In this document: one piece after another, positions 22,608 to 31,091 of the stretch | How the letters are laid out: every line of letters begins with the position of its first letter | Position numbering within the stretch: position 1 is the stretch's first letter | Assembly: GCA_963816185.1 (NCBI GenBank) | Contig: CAWFJJ010000006.1 | Location: 1,326 to 65,325, forward strand | Length of the DNA stretch: 64,000 nucleotides | Direction of reading: 5' to 3' | DNA from: Thermoanaerobaculia bacterium | Lineage (GTDB): Bacteria; Acidobacteriota; Thermoanaerobaculia; UBA5066 | Made by a program: the position numbers and the translations under genes | The notes under the pieces: model-generated | The model's input: the letters and a program-made list of their open reading frames with translations, nothing else | Databases searched by the model: none | What the model was told of the DNA's origin: nothing

Positions 22608-23420
22608 TTGTCGTCTGTCCTCATCTCTCGCGGCACCATGTCGGGCGGCGAGGCATTGGCTCATCGCCTGGCGGAGCGTCTCTCCCTCCGTTACGTCTCC
22701 CGGGAGGACCTCATCGAGGTGGTCGACGCCCAGGGCGAGCACGCGAAGAAAGTCAGGGCGAGCCTCGACCGCGCCACCCGCGCGTACGACCAGTTCGGCC
22801 AGCTCCGCCGCCCGTACCTCGTGCTGATGCGACGTGCCTTGCTGGGTTTCATCCGGGAAGGCAACGTCGTGTACGCCGGGTACGCGAGCCATCTCCTCGT
22901 GCCCACCGTGCCCTGTTGCATGCGCGTTCGAATCAACGCCCCCATGTCCCTCCGGGTCAAGAATGCAATTCAGCGGCTCGGCCTGGGGGAGGAAGAGGCG
23001 CGCGAAGCGGTTCTGCGCGAGGACGAGCAGCGCGTCCGGTGGGGTCGCTTCATGTATGGGCACGACATTCGCGACCCGAATCTCTATGACGTCTGTTTTC
23101 TGCTCGACAGGATGTCGGTCGACGCGATCTGCACCATGATCGCCGCGGGTCTCGGTGAGAAGGATTTCCAGCCCACGCCCCAGGCTGCGAAGGCGCTTCA
23201 GGATCTTTTCGTCGCCGCGAGCGTCGAGGCGGCGCTCGTGAGCGATCCCCGCACGCTCTCCTGGGAGATCGGGGCGCGTTCGCGGGGTGGAAACGTCCTG
23301 CTGGAGGGGCCGTTCCTCGAAGATCGCAAGCTTATCGACGTCCTCGAGGTCGCGCGAGGAGTCGAGGGCGTCGAGGCCGCCGAGTACCAGCCTGGATGTG
23401 TGTCGAGTTTCGACCACTGA
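22608..23420 (+). CDS. cytidylate-kinase-like (PF13189-type) P-loop protein with C-terminal BON-like domain
   Basis: In-frame part of ORF 22575..23420. The track start (TTG 22575) lies inside the sigma-54 promoter, so TTG 22608 (GGGGGA upstream) is preferred. VLISRGTMSGGEALAHRLAERL matches the family N-terminus (ITIsRexGSGGxxIaxxLA). Confidence 0.6.
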   Translation: MSSVLISRGTMSGGEALAHRLAERLSLRYVSREDLIEVVDAQGEHAKKVRASLDRATRAYDQFGQLRRPYLVLMRRALLGFIREGNVVYAGYASHLLVPTVPCCMRVRINAPMSLRVKNAIQRLGLGEEEAREAVLREDEQRVRWGRFMYGHDIRDPNLYDVCFLLDRMSVDAICTMIAAGLGEKDFQPTPQAAKALQDLFVAASVEAALVSDPRTLSWEIGARSRGGNVLLEGPFLEDRKLIDVLEVARGVEGVEAAEYQPGCVSSFDH

Positions 23421-23451
23421 CCGATTGCCAGCGTATGCCGGGAGTCAATCC

Positions 23452-24339
23452 ATGCCCATAACAGCCGACACCAGCCGCCGCGCCGCCTTCGAAACGATAA
23501 GAGAATTCCTCGTGCGAGCCGCCGAGGCCGAGGAATCGCTGATCCAGCTCGCCGCGGCTCGCAACGAGCTGCTCCGGCACTCGAGCAAGACCGGCGACGA
23601 CCTACTGGGCTTCACCTCCAACACGACGGACCTGACCGAACGACAGACCTCCATGGCCCAGGAGCGGACCGCCCTGACCCGCGAGCAGACGCGCCTCTCG
23701 ACCCGAAGCACCGAGCTCGCGAACATCCGTACGGAGCTCGGCCGCGAGCGAACTTCACTCGCCGGCGAACGAACCGACATGGCGGTGGCCCGGACCGAAA
23801 TGGCGCGCCGCCGCTCCTCGCTGGCCGAAGGACGCACGGGTCTCGCGCAGTCGCGAACGGTTCTCGCCGAAGAGCGCACAGGGCTCGCGAAGCAGCGCAC
23901 CGGCATGGCGCACGAGCGGACGGACCTCTCCGTCACGCGCACCAGCATGGCGCGTGAACGCAACGAGCTCGCTCTCCAGCGCACCGACTACTCCGTGCGC
24001 CGAACCAACCTCGCCGGGGAGCGAAACCAGCTCGCGACGGTGCGTACGGTCAGGGCCGCGTCGCGCACCCGGCTTTCGTTCCAGAGGACCGAAATGGCCC
24101 GGGAGAGGACGTACCTTGCTCTCCTGCGCACGGGCCTCGCCTTGCTCACTTTCGGAGTCGTTCTCTTCCGGACGTTCGGAGTCTCCTGGTGGAGCCTCTT
24201 CGACGGGGCACTCGTCCTCATCAGCATCGGCCTCGTCGTCGTGGGATCCTCGGGTTATGTCAAGAGTCACCGGCTGGTGCAGAAGCTCGGCATTCTGATC
24301 CAGTCCGACAGGGGGCTGACGGATCTCGAAGCGGGCTGA
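23452..24339 (+). CDS. DUF202/YidH-like membrane protein with ~23 tandem xRTxLAx heptads
   Basis: 295 codons from ATG 23452 within ORF 23287..24339. Residues ~60-225 are an uninterrupted heptad series (ERTALTR EQTRLST RSTELAN IRTELGR ERTSLAG ERTDMAV ...). It ends in the DUF202-type ERTYLALLRTGLAL motif and two TM helices. Confidence 0.65.
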   Translation: MPITADTSRRAAFETIREFLVRAAEAEESLIQLAAARNELLRHSSKTGDDLLGFTSNTTDLTERQTSMAQERTALTREQTRLSTRSTELANIRTELGRERTSLAGERTDMAVARTEMARRRSSLAEGRTGLAQSRTVLAEERTGLAKQRTGMAHERTDLSVTRTSMARERNELALQRTDYSVRRTNLAGERNQLATVRTVRAASRTRLSFQRTEMARERTYLALLRTGLALLTFGVVLFRTFGVSWWSLFDGALVLISIGLVVVGSSGYVKSHRLVQKLGILIQSDRGLTDLEAG

Positions 24340-24353
24340 TTCCGATACGAAGG

Positions 24354-24956
24354 TCAGGTTGCAGCGGTTCCGGCATCGCGACGCCCGCCGTGCTCTGCCG
24401 TGTCAGTGTCTGCCTGAAATTTCTCGACTTGATAGACCGCAAGCTGCACGGCACCAGCCCAAAGGCCGGCGGGAACCCCGGCCTTTTGCTTGAGAAGAGC
24501 CATGAACTCGCGCGGCTCCGGGTGCTGGCTCCAGACCTGCGGCAGAAAAGTGGCGCGCCGCCCGCCGTACTGAAAAATGACGCCGTCGACGCCCGGACGA
24601 AGGAGGCTCAGGGCTTCCGCCTCGCTGCTGAACTGGAGCGGTTGCGGCGCGGTCAGCACGGAGACCTCGATGCTCACGGCAGACAATTCCTCGGATGCAA
24701 GGGTTGGAAAGCGCGGGTCGCCAAAAGCGGCGGCGCAGGCGTTCCGAGTCACGTCGTCGTAGAGGGAACGATGCGCCTCGAGCGAGCCGATGCAGCCGCG
24801 CAGCCGCCCGTGAAGGGTGAGGGTGACGAAGGTGGCAGCCGGCTCGTCGAGCCAGAGGGGACGTGGCAACGCGGGCCAAGCCTCGCCGAATTCGGCCGCT
24901 ATGGCGGCGCGTGCCAGTGAGGTGAGAAGCCGCCCTCTGGCCTGATGCTCCGTGAG
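24354..24956 (-). CDS. AMMECR1 domain protein (AmmeMemoRadiSam system protein A-like); start codon unresolved
   Basis: C-terminal ~200 codons of ORF 24354..25262. Motif LHGRLRGCIGSLEAH. The family-like N-terminus (LTEHQARGRLLTSLARAAI) has no ATG, GTG or TTG nearby. The long upstream extension is Arg-rich and overlaps the divergent gene at 25162. Confidence 0.65.
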   Translation of the reverse strand, partial: LTEHQARGRLLTSLARAAIAAEFGEAWPALPRPLWLDEPAATFVTLTLHGRLRGCIGSLEAHRSLYDDVTRNACAAAFGDPRFPTLASEELSAVSIEVSVLTAPQPLQFSSEAEALSLLRPGVDGVIFQYGGRRATFLPQVWSQHPEPREFMALLKQKAGVPAGLWAGAVQLAVYQVEKFQADTDTAEHGGRRDAGTAAT

Positions 24957-25161
24957 CGAATGAGTTCCTTCCGTAAGGCCACCGCCGCGTAACCGACGAC
25001 GCGCCCTTTGTCGACGACCGCCTCGTCGGGAGTTCCGCGAGTCTATCAGGCGGGCACGAACGTGTCGCCGTGAACCGCGGACCTTTACGCTATAGAATCG
25101 TCGCGCGTTCAAACCAACCCGGCGCGACGCACGTTCGCGCCCTTTCCAGAAAGGAAGGTCC

Positions 25162-25602
25162 ATGAGACGTTTCCTCACTTTCACCGTCGCCGCGCTGTTC
25201 GTGGTCGCGGCCTTCTCCGTCTCCGCGGGCGATCCGCCGAAGGGCGGAGGCGACGCGGCCAAGAGCCCGCAGGCGAAGGTCTACCTCGACTGGGTCAAGG
25301 CCGTGAAGGCTGGGAACCTCGACGCGTGGAAGAAGGTCGTTCCGGCCGAGGCGTCGCAGCAGATCGAAGCCCAGGCCAAGGAGATGAAGAAGACGCCCAA
25401 GGACGTGCTCGAGTTCCTCGGGGCGATGACCCCGGACGACAGCAAGATCACGGGCCTCAAGGTCGACGGAAAGAAAGCCACGCTCAAGGTGACCGGGAAG
25501 ACGAAGGGCGATCCCAAGCCCTCGTATGGGAGCGTCGAGATGATCCAGGAGGGAGGCGGCTGGAAGGTCGGCAAGCAAAGCTGGAGCGACAAGCCGGAGT
25601 AG
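25162..25602 (+). CDS. secreted hypothetical protein
   Basis: 146-aa ORF. RBS GAAAGGAAGG. Signal peptide MRRFLTFTVAALFVVAAFSVSAG. Lys-rich mature part. Confidence 0.6.
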   Translation: MRRFLTFTVAALFVVAAFSVSAGDPPKGGGDAAKSPQAKVYLDWVKAVKAGNLDAWKKVVPAEASQQIEAQAKEMKKTPKDVLEFLGAMTPDDSKITGLKVDGKKATLKVTGKTKGDPKPSYGSVEMIQEGGGWKVGKQSWSDKPE

Positions 25603-25651
25603 CGGGGATCGACGGAGCTCCTTCGACTGCCGGGCCTTTGAACATGAGACC

Positions 25652-25681
25652 CTAGGGGGGGCCGCTCTTGGCCCCCCCTAG
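25652..25681. terminator. perfect 12-bp GC hairpin between convergent genes (bidirectional terminator candidate)
   Basis: CTAGGGGGGGCC-gctctt-GGCCCCCCCTAG. The right arm contains the stop codon (25678-25680, reverse strand) of the M1 peptidase gene. Confidence 0.55.
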
Positions 25682-27705
25682 CGAGGTAGTCCCATCCCCC
25701 AGTAGTTCGCCTCGAAGAACGGCATGTAGTCCTTCTTCGTCAGGAAACCGAGCAAGCCGGCGACGTGCTTCGTCGTGCCGAACTTCCAACGAAACGTCTT
25801 TTGATACGACTTGAGGAACGTCAGGAAGGTCGCCTCGCCGATTTCCTTGTGCAGCACCGACAGAAGGTACGGACCCTTTCCGTACAGGAGCCCTGTACGG
25901 TATTGGTCCTCCATCTCGCGGTCGTTCGGCATGTCGATGCGGTTGGCGAGCGCGATCGGCGCGACGCCATTGGCGAGCTTCGCACGCGATTTCCAGCCCG
26001 CCACGAGCATCTCGTAGTCACCCTTGCCCTTGGCGTCGCGAATGAAGAGCGCCGCGCAGTATTCCGCGAATGCCTCCTCCAGCCACTGCTCTTCCGGGCC
26101 CGGGCTCTTCACCACCGTGCCCCAATACTGGTGGGCGATTTCGTGGGCGAAGCGGTGATTGACGCCTCCGGAGAAAAGCTGGTTCGCCTCACCCATGATC
26201 GGGTTGAACGCCTCCTTGGTGATGAAGAGAGTGCCCGGCGGCGCCTGCCCCCAGCCGTAGTCGTTGATCTCGATGATGTTGAGCTCCCGGAACGGGAAAG
26301 GCCCGAGGAAGCCTTCGTAGTACTTGATTACGCTGAATGCGAGGTTCGTGAGCTTCTTGAACGCGTGCGGATGGTTCATCGCGTACGAGGCCACGCGCAC
26401 GGTCATTCCCTCGCGCGTCTCCTCCTGGTAGCGGTAGTTGCCCGCCAAGACAACGGGAAAGTCCACTGGGTCGGCGATCTCCGTCTCGACGACGTTCTCG
26501 TCTCCGTCCACCCGACGGCTCGTTGTGACGCCAGGCGCGAACGGCAAGAACGGCTTCTTGACCCGCACCGTGGCGCGCATCGTGAATGAGCGGCCCGTCT
26601 GCTGCGGCAGCGGCAGCCAGTTGCCCTCCAGGAGCCAGAAGTTATCGCCCTGCGGGCGCACGAGAAAATCGCCTTCAACCTCGAAGGTCAGCTTGAACGG
26701 CCTGTTCGCTGCGGCGACCGTGGGGAGACCCACCAGGAGCGCGCCGCGGTCGTGGTGGAACGGTAGAGACGTCCCGTCCTCAGCCTTCACCGAGCGCAGC
26801 CGCTCGGAGCGCAACCGCACGACGCCCGTTCCCGTCACGTCCCAGCGCGTGTTCGTCAGGCCGAAGTCGAAGACGGAGCGCGGTCGCCGGAGGGGCACGA
26901 TCGTCTCGACGACCGTGAGGGTTGTGTCGCGGCCGTCCGTCGCGCGAAGCGTGTAGTCGATATTGGTCACGACGAAGGGGGCCGGCTGCAGGTCCCGTCG
27001 GTCTCGAGCGGACTGGCTCGATAGCGTCGTCCTCCAAAGGCGCTTCTTCACCTCGTCGTCGGCCAGACTGTCTTTGATCTTCCGGATCACGTCGAGGCGT
27101 TCGACGTCGCCCTCGATGGAATCGGAGACGTAGACGTAGGCCTCCTGCCCACCGGAGATCTCGAGGCGCAGCACTTTTGCCGAGGGCGCGTCGAGCCGCT
27201 GGAGGATGAACGGATGCGAAGGAGGGCTCTCCTGTATCCGCCCGAACCATCCTCGGTGCGCCTTGAACGCTCCGTCGAGTGGCGCGCCTTGCGCAGCGGC
27301 CGCGGCGGCATCGGGGTCCGTGGTCAGGACGAGGAGCTCCGTGAAGGTGTCCCTGAGCGTGAGGGACTTGTCGCCCTTCTCCAGCTTGAGCGACGTCGCC
27401 TTCTTGACGTTGAACTCGACGGCCGGCAGCTCGATCGGATCGGCGGCTCGATACTCGAAGGAGCCTCTTCCCGTGAAGAAGAAGCCGACGACGTCGTCAC
27501 CGGCCTTGACTGGCACACGCCAGCCGTCGGCTAGCAGCACCACCATGTGCCCGGACTCAATGCGGGTTCCTCGTACCTGTGTCGATGCGCCCGCCGCGGC
27601 AAGGGCTTCGTAGCTCTTCGCAAGCGCGGCCACACTCGGCGCAGCGGCGGATGCAGGACCGGAGAGCGCGAGGACTGCTCCTGCCATCCGGAAAAAGTCT
27701 CTCAT
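25678..27705 (-). CDS. M1-family zinc metallopeptidase (aminopeptidase N-like), secreted
   Basis: 675-aa ORF. Signal-like N-terminus. HEIAHQYWG...(18)...WLEEAFAEY gluzincin motif. Confidence 0.85.
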   Translation of the reverse strand: MRDFFRMAGAVLALSGPASAAAPSVAALAKSYEALAAAGASTQVRGTRIESGHMVVLLADGWRVPVKAGDDVVGFFFTGRGSFEYRAADPIELPAVEFNVKKATSLKLEKGDKSLTLRDTFTELLVLTTDPDAAAAAAQGAPLDGAFKAHRGWFGRIQESPPSHPFILQRLDAPSAKVLRLEISGGQEAYVYVSDSIEGDVERLDVIRKIKDSLADDEVKKRLWRTTLSSQSARDRRDLQPAPFVVTNIDYTLRATDGRDTTLTVVETIVPLRRPRSVFDFGLTNTRWDVTGTGVVRLRSERLRSVKAEDGTSLPFHHDRGALLVGLPTVAAANRPFKLTFEVEGDFLVRPQGDNFWLLEGNWLPLPQQTGRSFTMRATVRVKKPFLPFAPGVTTSRRVDGDENVVETEIADPVDFPVVLAGNYRYQEETREGMTVRVASYAMNHPHAFKKLTNLAFSVIKYYEGFLGPFPFRELNIIEINDYGWGQAPPGTLFITKEAFNPIMGEANQLFSGGVNHRFAHEIAHQYWGTVVKSPGPEEQWLEEAFAEYCAALFIRDAKGKGDYEMLVAGWKSRAKLANGVAPIALANRIDMPNDREMEDQYRTGLLYGKGPYLLSVLHKEIGEATFLTFLKSYQKTFRWKFGTTKHVAGLLGFLTKKDYMPFFEANYWGMGLPR

Positions 27706-27846
27706 CTATGTTTATGCGGCTCCCACCGTGCGCTCTGACATGGCCAGCCACGCGCAACAAATCATCATACCCTTCCGATTTCATGAGCTCCCGCCCGTTT
27801 GGGCTCGAGAAGCTCGAAAGATCGTCGGCCGGAAGGACCGCACGGC

Positions 27847-29127
27847 CTACCTGCGGTCCGGCGACTGGATATGCCCGGCGCCCGTGTGGAGGTCGAGGCG
27901 GAGAATCCCCCTGCTCACCACGCTGGCTCGTGTGGAGTCCGTGACTCGGATGTCGCCTTGGCGCAGCCGCACGACGACCTGTTCCAGGCCGGCGGCTGGA
28001 ACGCGGAGGCTTGCGAAGCAATTCAGGTCCGTAAACAGGCCGCGCTGCTCGATCCGGAACAGGAGCCTCGGCACGGGACCCGGGATGAATTCGACGTGCG
28101 CGCCAAGCCGGCTCAGTGGCAGCCCGAAGCCGTGCAGCTCGCCCCGAATCGTCACCTGCGAAGACGGTGCGTCGACGAGAGCGATTTCGATCGTCCCTTT
28201 CGGGGCCTGGACCTCCAGAACCCGCGGCGCCTGCGGCAGGGAGGGGAGTGGCACGACCGAGTCGATCGGCGTGCCGTGCGGCGTCGCGAAGAGCGCGACG
28301 AGGACACCCGCAGCTCCGAGGACGGCTGTGACACTCGAAGCCCTGGGCCAGCGCCACTCGGGGCGGGCTGCAAGTGGAGCGGCGTCCAGCGCTTCGTCGC
28401 GGGGAAGGTGCAGCACATGGTAGTAGAGGACGTGCGATACCCCGGCCGCAAGGAGCGCCGACCAGAGGATATCGGAGAGGAAATGGGCGCCCGCGGCCAT
28501 GCGTCCCACCCCCAGGAGCCCTCCCGCGAGGAGACCCGTTGAGAGCGAAGTGAGCGCCGGCGCTCGGCGGCGTTTCCAGATCCACCAGCCGATGCCGTAG
28601 AGGAAGCCAACCGTGCAATGGCCGCAGGGAAACGAGGCCCCTCCTTCGCGACCGGGAAGAGGCGTCGGGACGTAGCGCAACGCCCCCCCGAATTCGACGA
28701 TCTCGCGGGGCCGCGGGTGATTCCAGTGATCCTTGAGCAGCACGTTGCCGAGAAGGCCGGGGCCCAGAACAACGCTCAGCAGGACGAAGACCCCGTGCCG
28801 GCTCCACGGCCTGCGCCTGAGGTGGGCGCCGGCCGCGAGCATCGCGAGGCCCGCGATCACGAGCGACGCCGTGATCCAGGGTGACGCGCGATAAAGCAAC
28901 GGCCAAGGGGCTTGCGTCGCGAGAGGCCAGTGGTCGGTGCCGGTCGGCCGGTAGAACCAGCGTGCGACGGCGACGTCGAGGGACGAGACGCCGAAGAGGA
29001 GCGTTACAGCCAGCGCCGACAGCACGAGCAGCGCCCCTTCCTGCAGCCGCCCTGATTCGGGCGGAGGCGAGCTGCCGACGATCACGCCGTCGTCCGTTCG
29101 CATCCGCCGATTATCGGTTTCGTCCAC
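27847..29127 (-). CDS. PAP2-family phosphatase with extra C-terminal domain
   Basis: 426-aa ORF. Multiple TM helices. PAP2 motifs KDHWNHPRP, FPCGH, GRMAAGAHFLSD. Confidence 0.8.
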   Translation of the reverse strand: MDETDNRRMRTDDGVIVGSSPPPESGRLQEGALLVLSALAVTLLFGVSSLDVAVARWFYRPTGTDHWPLATQAPWPLLYRASPWITASLVIAGLAMLAAGAHLRRRPWSRHGVFVLLSVVLGPGLLGNVLLKDHWNHPRPREIVEFGGALRYVPTPLPGREGGASFPCGHCTVGFLYGIGWWIWKRRRAPALTSLSTGLLAGGLLGVGRMAAGAHFLSDILWSALLAAGVSHVLYYHVLHLPRDEALDAAPLAARPEWRWPRASSVTAVLGAAGVLVALFATPHGTPIDSVVPLPSLPQAPRVLEVQAPKGTIEIALVDAPSSQVTIRGELHGFGLPLSRLGAHVEFIPGPVPRLLFRIEQRGLFTDLNCFASLRVPAAGLEQVVVRLRQGDIRVTDSTRASVVSRGILRLDLHTGAGHIQSPDRR

Positions 29128-29255
29128 CGTCGGGCTCCCGACATCGGGTACGACGTCGAGACCACTGATATCCGCCCACTCACGTGCCCGCCGTCGGACA
29201 CGATATCGTCAGCTCGTCGAGTGCCAGATTCGCTCGACCGGGTCGGAGGGCGTCG

Positions 29256-30935
29256 ATGAATACGGCGGGAAAAGAGTTTCTCAAGGCTCGCGACTTTCTG
29301 CAGGAGCATCGCGAGGACTACGAATCGGCGTACCGCGGCTTCCGCTGGCCCGAGCTCGAGGAGTTCAACTGGGCCCTCGACTTCTTCGACCCCTGGGCCG
29401 AGGGTAACCAACGCCCGGCTCTCTGGATCGTCGACGAACAGGGTCGCGAGTGGAAATACTCGTTCGCCGAGATGCGGGAACGCTCGAACCGCGTCGCGAA
29501 CTTCCTCCGACGGCTGGGGCTTCAGCGCGGAGGCCGGGTCCTTCTCATGCTCGACAACCAGCCCGAGCTGTGGGAGACGGTTCTGGCCGCCATCAAGCTC
29601 GGCGCGGTCCTCATCCCGTCGTCGCTTCTCCTGACGAAGAGCGACCTTCAGGACCGGATTCGCCGCGGACAGGTGACGCTCGTCGCCGCGACACCCGAGA
29701 ACACTGGCAAGTTCGAGGGGCTCGAAGGGAGTTTCGTGAAGGTCCTCGTCGGCGGAAAAGCGGACGGCTGGGTCTCGTACGAGGAGGCGGGCGAGGCCCC
29801 CGCAGCCTTCCGCGCCGACTTCGTGACGAAGATCTCCGACGCCCTCTTCCTCTATTTCACGTCCGGAACGACCGCGCTTCCCAAGATGGTGCTTCACACG
29901 AACGGCTCCTATCCGGTCGGGCATCTTTCGACGATGTACTGGGTCGGGCTGAAGGAGGGCGACCTTCACCTGAACATCAGCTCGCCGGGGTGGGCCAAGC
30001 ACGCATGGAGCTCTTTCTTCGCGCCCTGGAACGCCGGCGCGACGATCTTCGTCCACAAGTACGCACGCTTTTCCCCGGCTTCCCTTCTCGAGACGCTGCG
30101 GAAATACCGGATCAACACGCTCTGCGCACCGCCGACCGTCTGGAGGATGGTGATCCTCGAGACCCTGGGAGCGCGGCCCGAAGGGCTGCGCGAGCTCGTG
30201 AGCGCCGGCGAGCCGCTGAACCCGGAGGTCATTGCACGGGTCGAGAAGGAGTGGGGCCTCACGATCCGCGACGGCTACGGCCAAACGGAGACGACGCTGC
30301 AGGTGGGAAACATGCCCGGCCTCCCCGTGAAGGTCGGCTCCATGGGGCGTCCCGCGCCCGGCTACCGGCTGGAGTTGCTCGACTCCGACGGCCGGGAGGC
30401 CGACGAAGGAGAGCTGGCTGTCCACCTCGAGCCGCGCCCCCTCGGTTTGATGGTCAACTACGCGGACGATCTCGCCCGCACCCGCGCTGCGATGTCGGGG
30501 GGCTACTACCGGACGGGCGACACGGCCTCGCGCGATTCGGAGGGGTACTTCTGGTTCATCGGCCGCGCGGACGACGTCTTCAAGAGCTCGGACTACCGGA
30601 TCAGCCCGTTCGAGATCGAGAGCTCCCTCCTCGAGTGCGGCCCCGTCGCCGAGGCGGCCGTCGTTCCCTCTCCCGACCCGATCCGCGGCTTCGTTCCGAA
30701 GGCCTACGTCACGCTCAAGCCCGGCTTCAAGCCGGATGCGGCGACCGCGGCGATGATCTTCGAGACGCTCCGGGCGAAGGTGGCCCCTTTCCGCCGCGTC
30801 CGGCGCCTCGAGTTCGTCACGGACCTCCCGAAGACCGTATCGGGCAAGATCCGCCGCGTCCAGCTTCGCGGCCAGGAGACGAACCGCGACGCGATGAGGC
30901 CGCAAGAGTTCCGCGAGGAGAGTTCGAAGGGTTGA
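29256..30935 (+). CDS. AMP-forming acyl-CoA synthetase (medium-chain type)
   Basis: ATG 29256 with GGAGGG upstream, inside ORF 29184..30935. Motifs YFTSGTTALPKMV, GYGQTET, YYRTGD, LPKTVSGKIRR. Confidence 0.85.
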   Translation: MNTAGKEFLKARDFLQEHREDYESAYRGFRWPELEEFNWALDFFDPWAEGNQRPALWIVDEQGREWKYSFAEMRERSNRVANFLRRLGLQRGGRVLLMLDNQPELWETVLAAIKLGAVLIPSSLLLTKSDLQDRIRRGQVTLVAATPENTGKFEGLEGSFVKVLVGGKADGWVSYEEAGEAPAAFRADFVTKISDALFLYFTSGTTALPKMVLHTNGSYPVGHLSTMYWVGLKEGDLHLNISSPGWAKHAWSSFFAPWNAGATIFVHKYARFSPASLLETLRKYRINTLCAPPTVWRMVILETLGARPEGLRELVSAGEPLNPEVIARVEKEWGLTIRDGYGQTETTLQVGNMPGLPVKVGSMGRPAPGYRLELLDSDGREADEGELAVHLEPRPLGLMVNYADDLARTRAAMSGGYYRTGDTASRDSEGYFWFIGRADDVFKSSDYRISPFEIESSLLECGPVAEAAVVPSPDPIRGFVPKAYVTLKPGFKPDAATAAMIFETLRAKVAPFRRVRRLEFVTDLPKTVSGKIRRVQLRGQETNRDAMRPQEFREESSKG

Positions 30936-31021
30936 GGGGCGGACTTTTCGCCTCGGGATCAAGCAGCTGAATGTCCGTCCTCTATGAACTGCCTCCGCGT
31001 ACCCTTCCAGCGACAGTGCCG

Positions 31022-31037
31022 TGGCATAGGTGTTGCT
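31022..31037 (+). promoter_or_regulatory. sigma-54 (-24/-12) promoter
   Basis: TGGCAT-AGGTG-TTGCT with canonical GG/GC register. Lies 55 nt upstream of the DUF3300 gene ATG. Confidence 0.5.
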
Positions 31038-31091
31038 GCGCCCTGTCATGGGTCCCGTTCGGCGTGAACCAAGACCCAGCGGAGGTATGAG

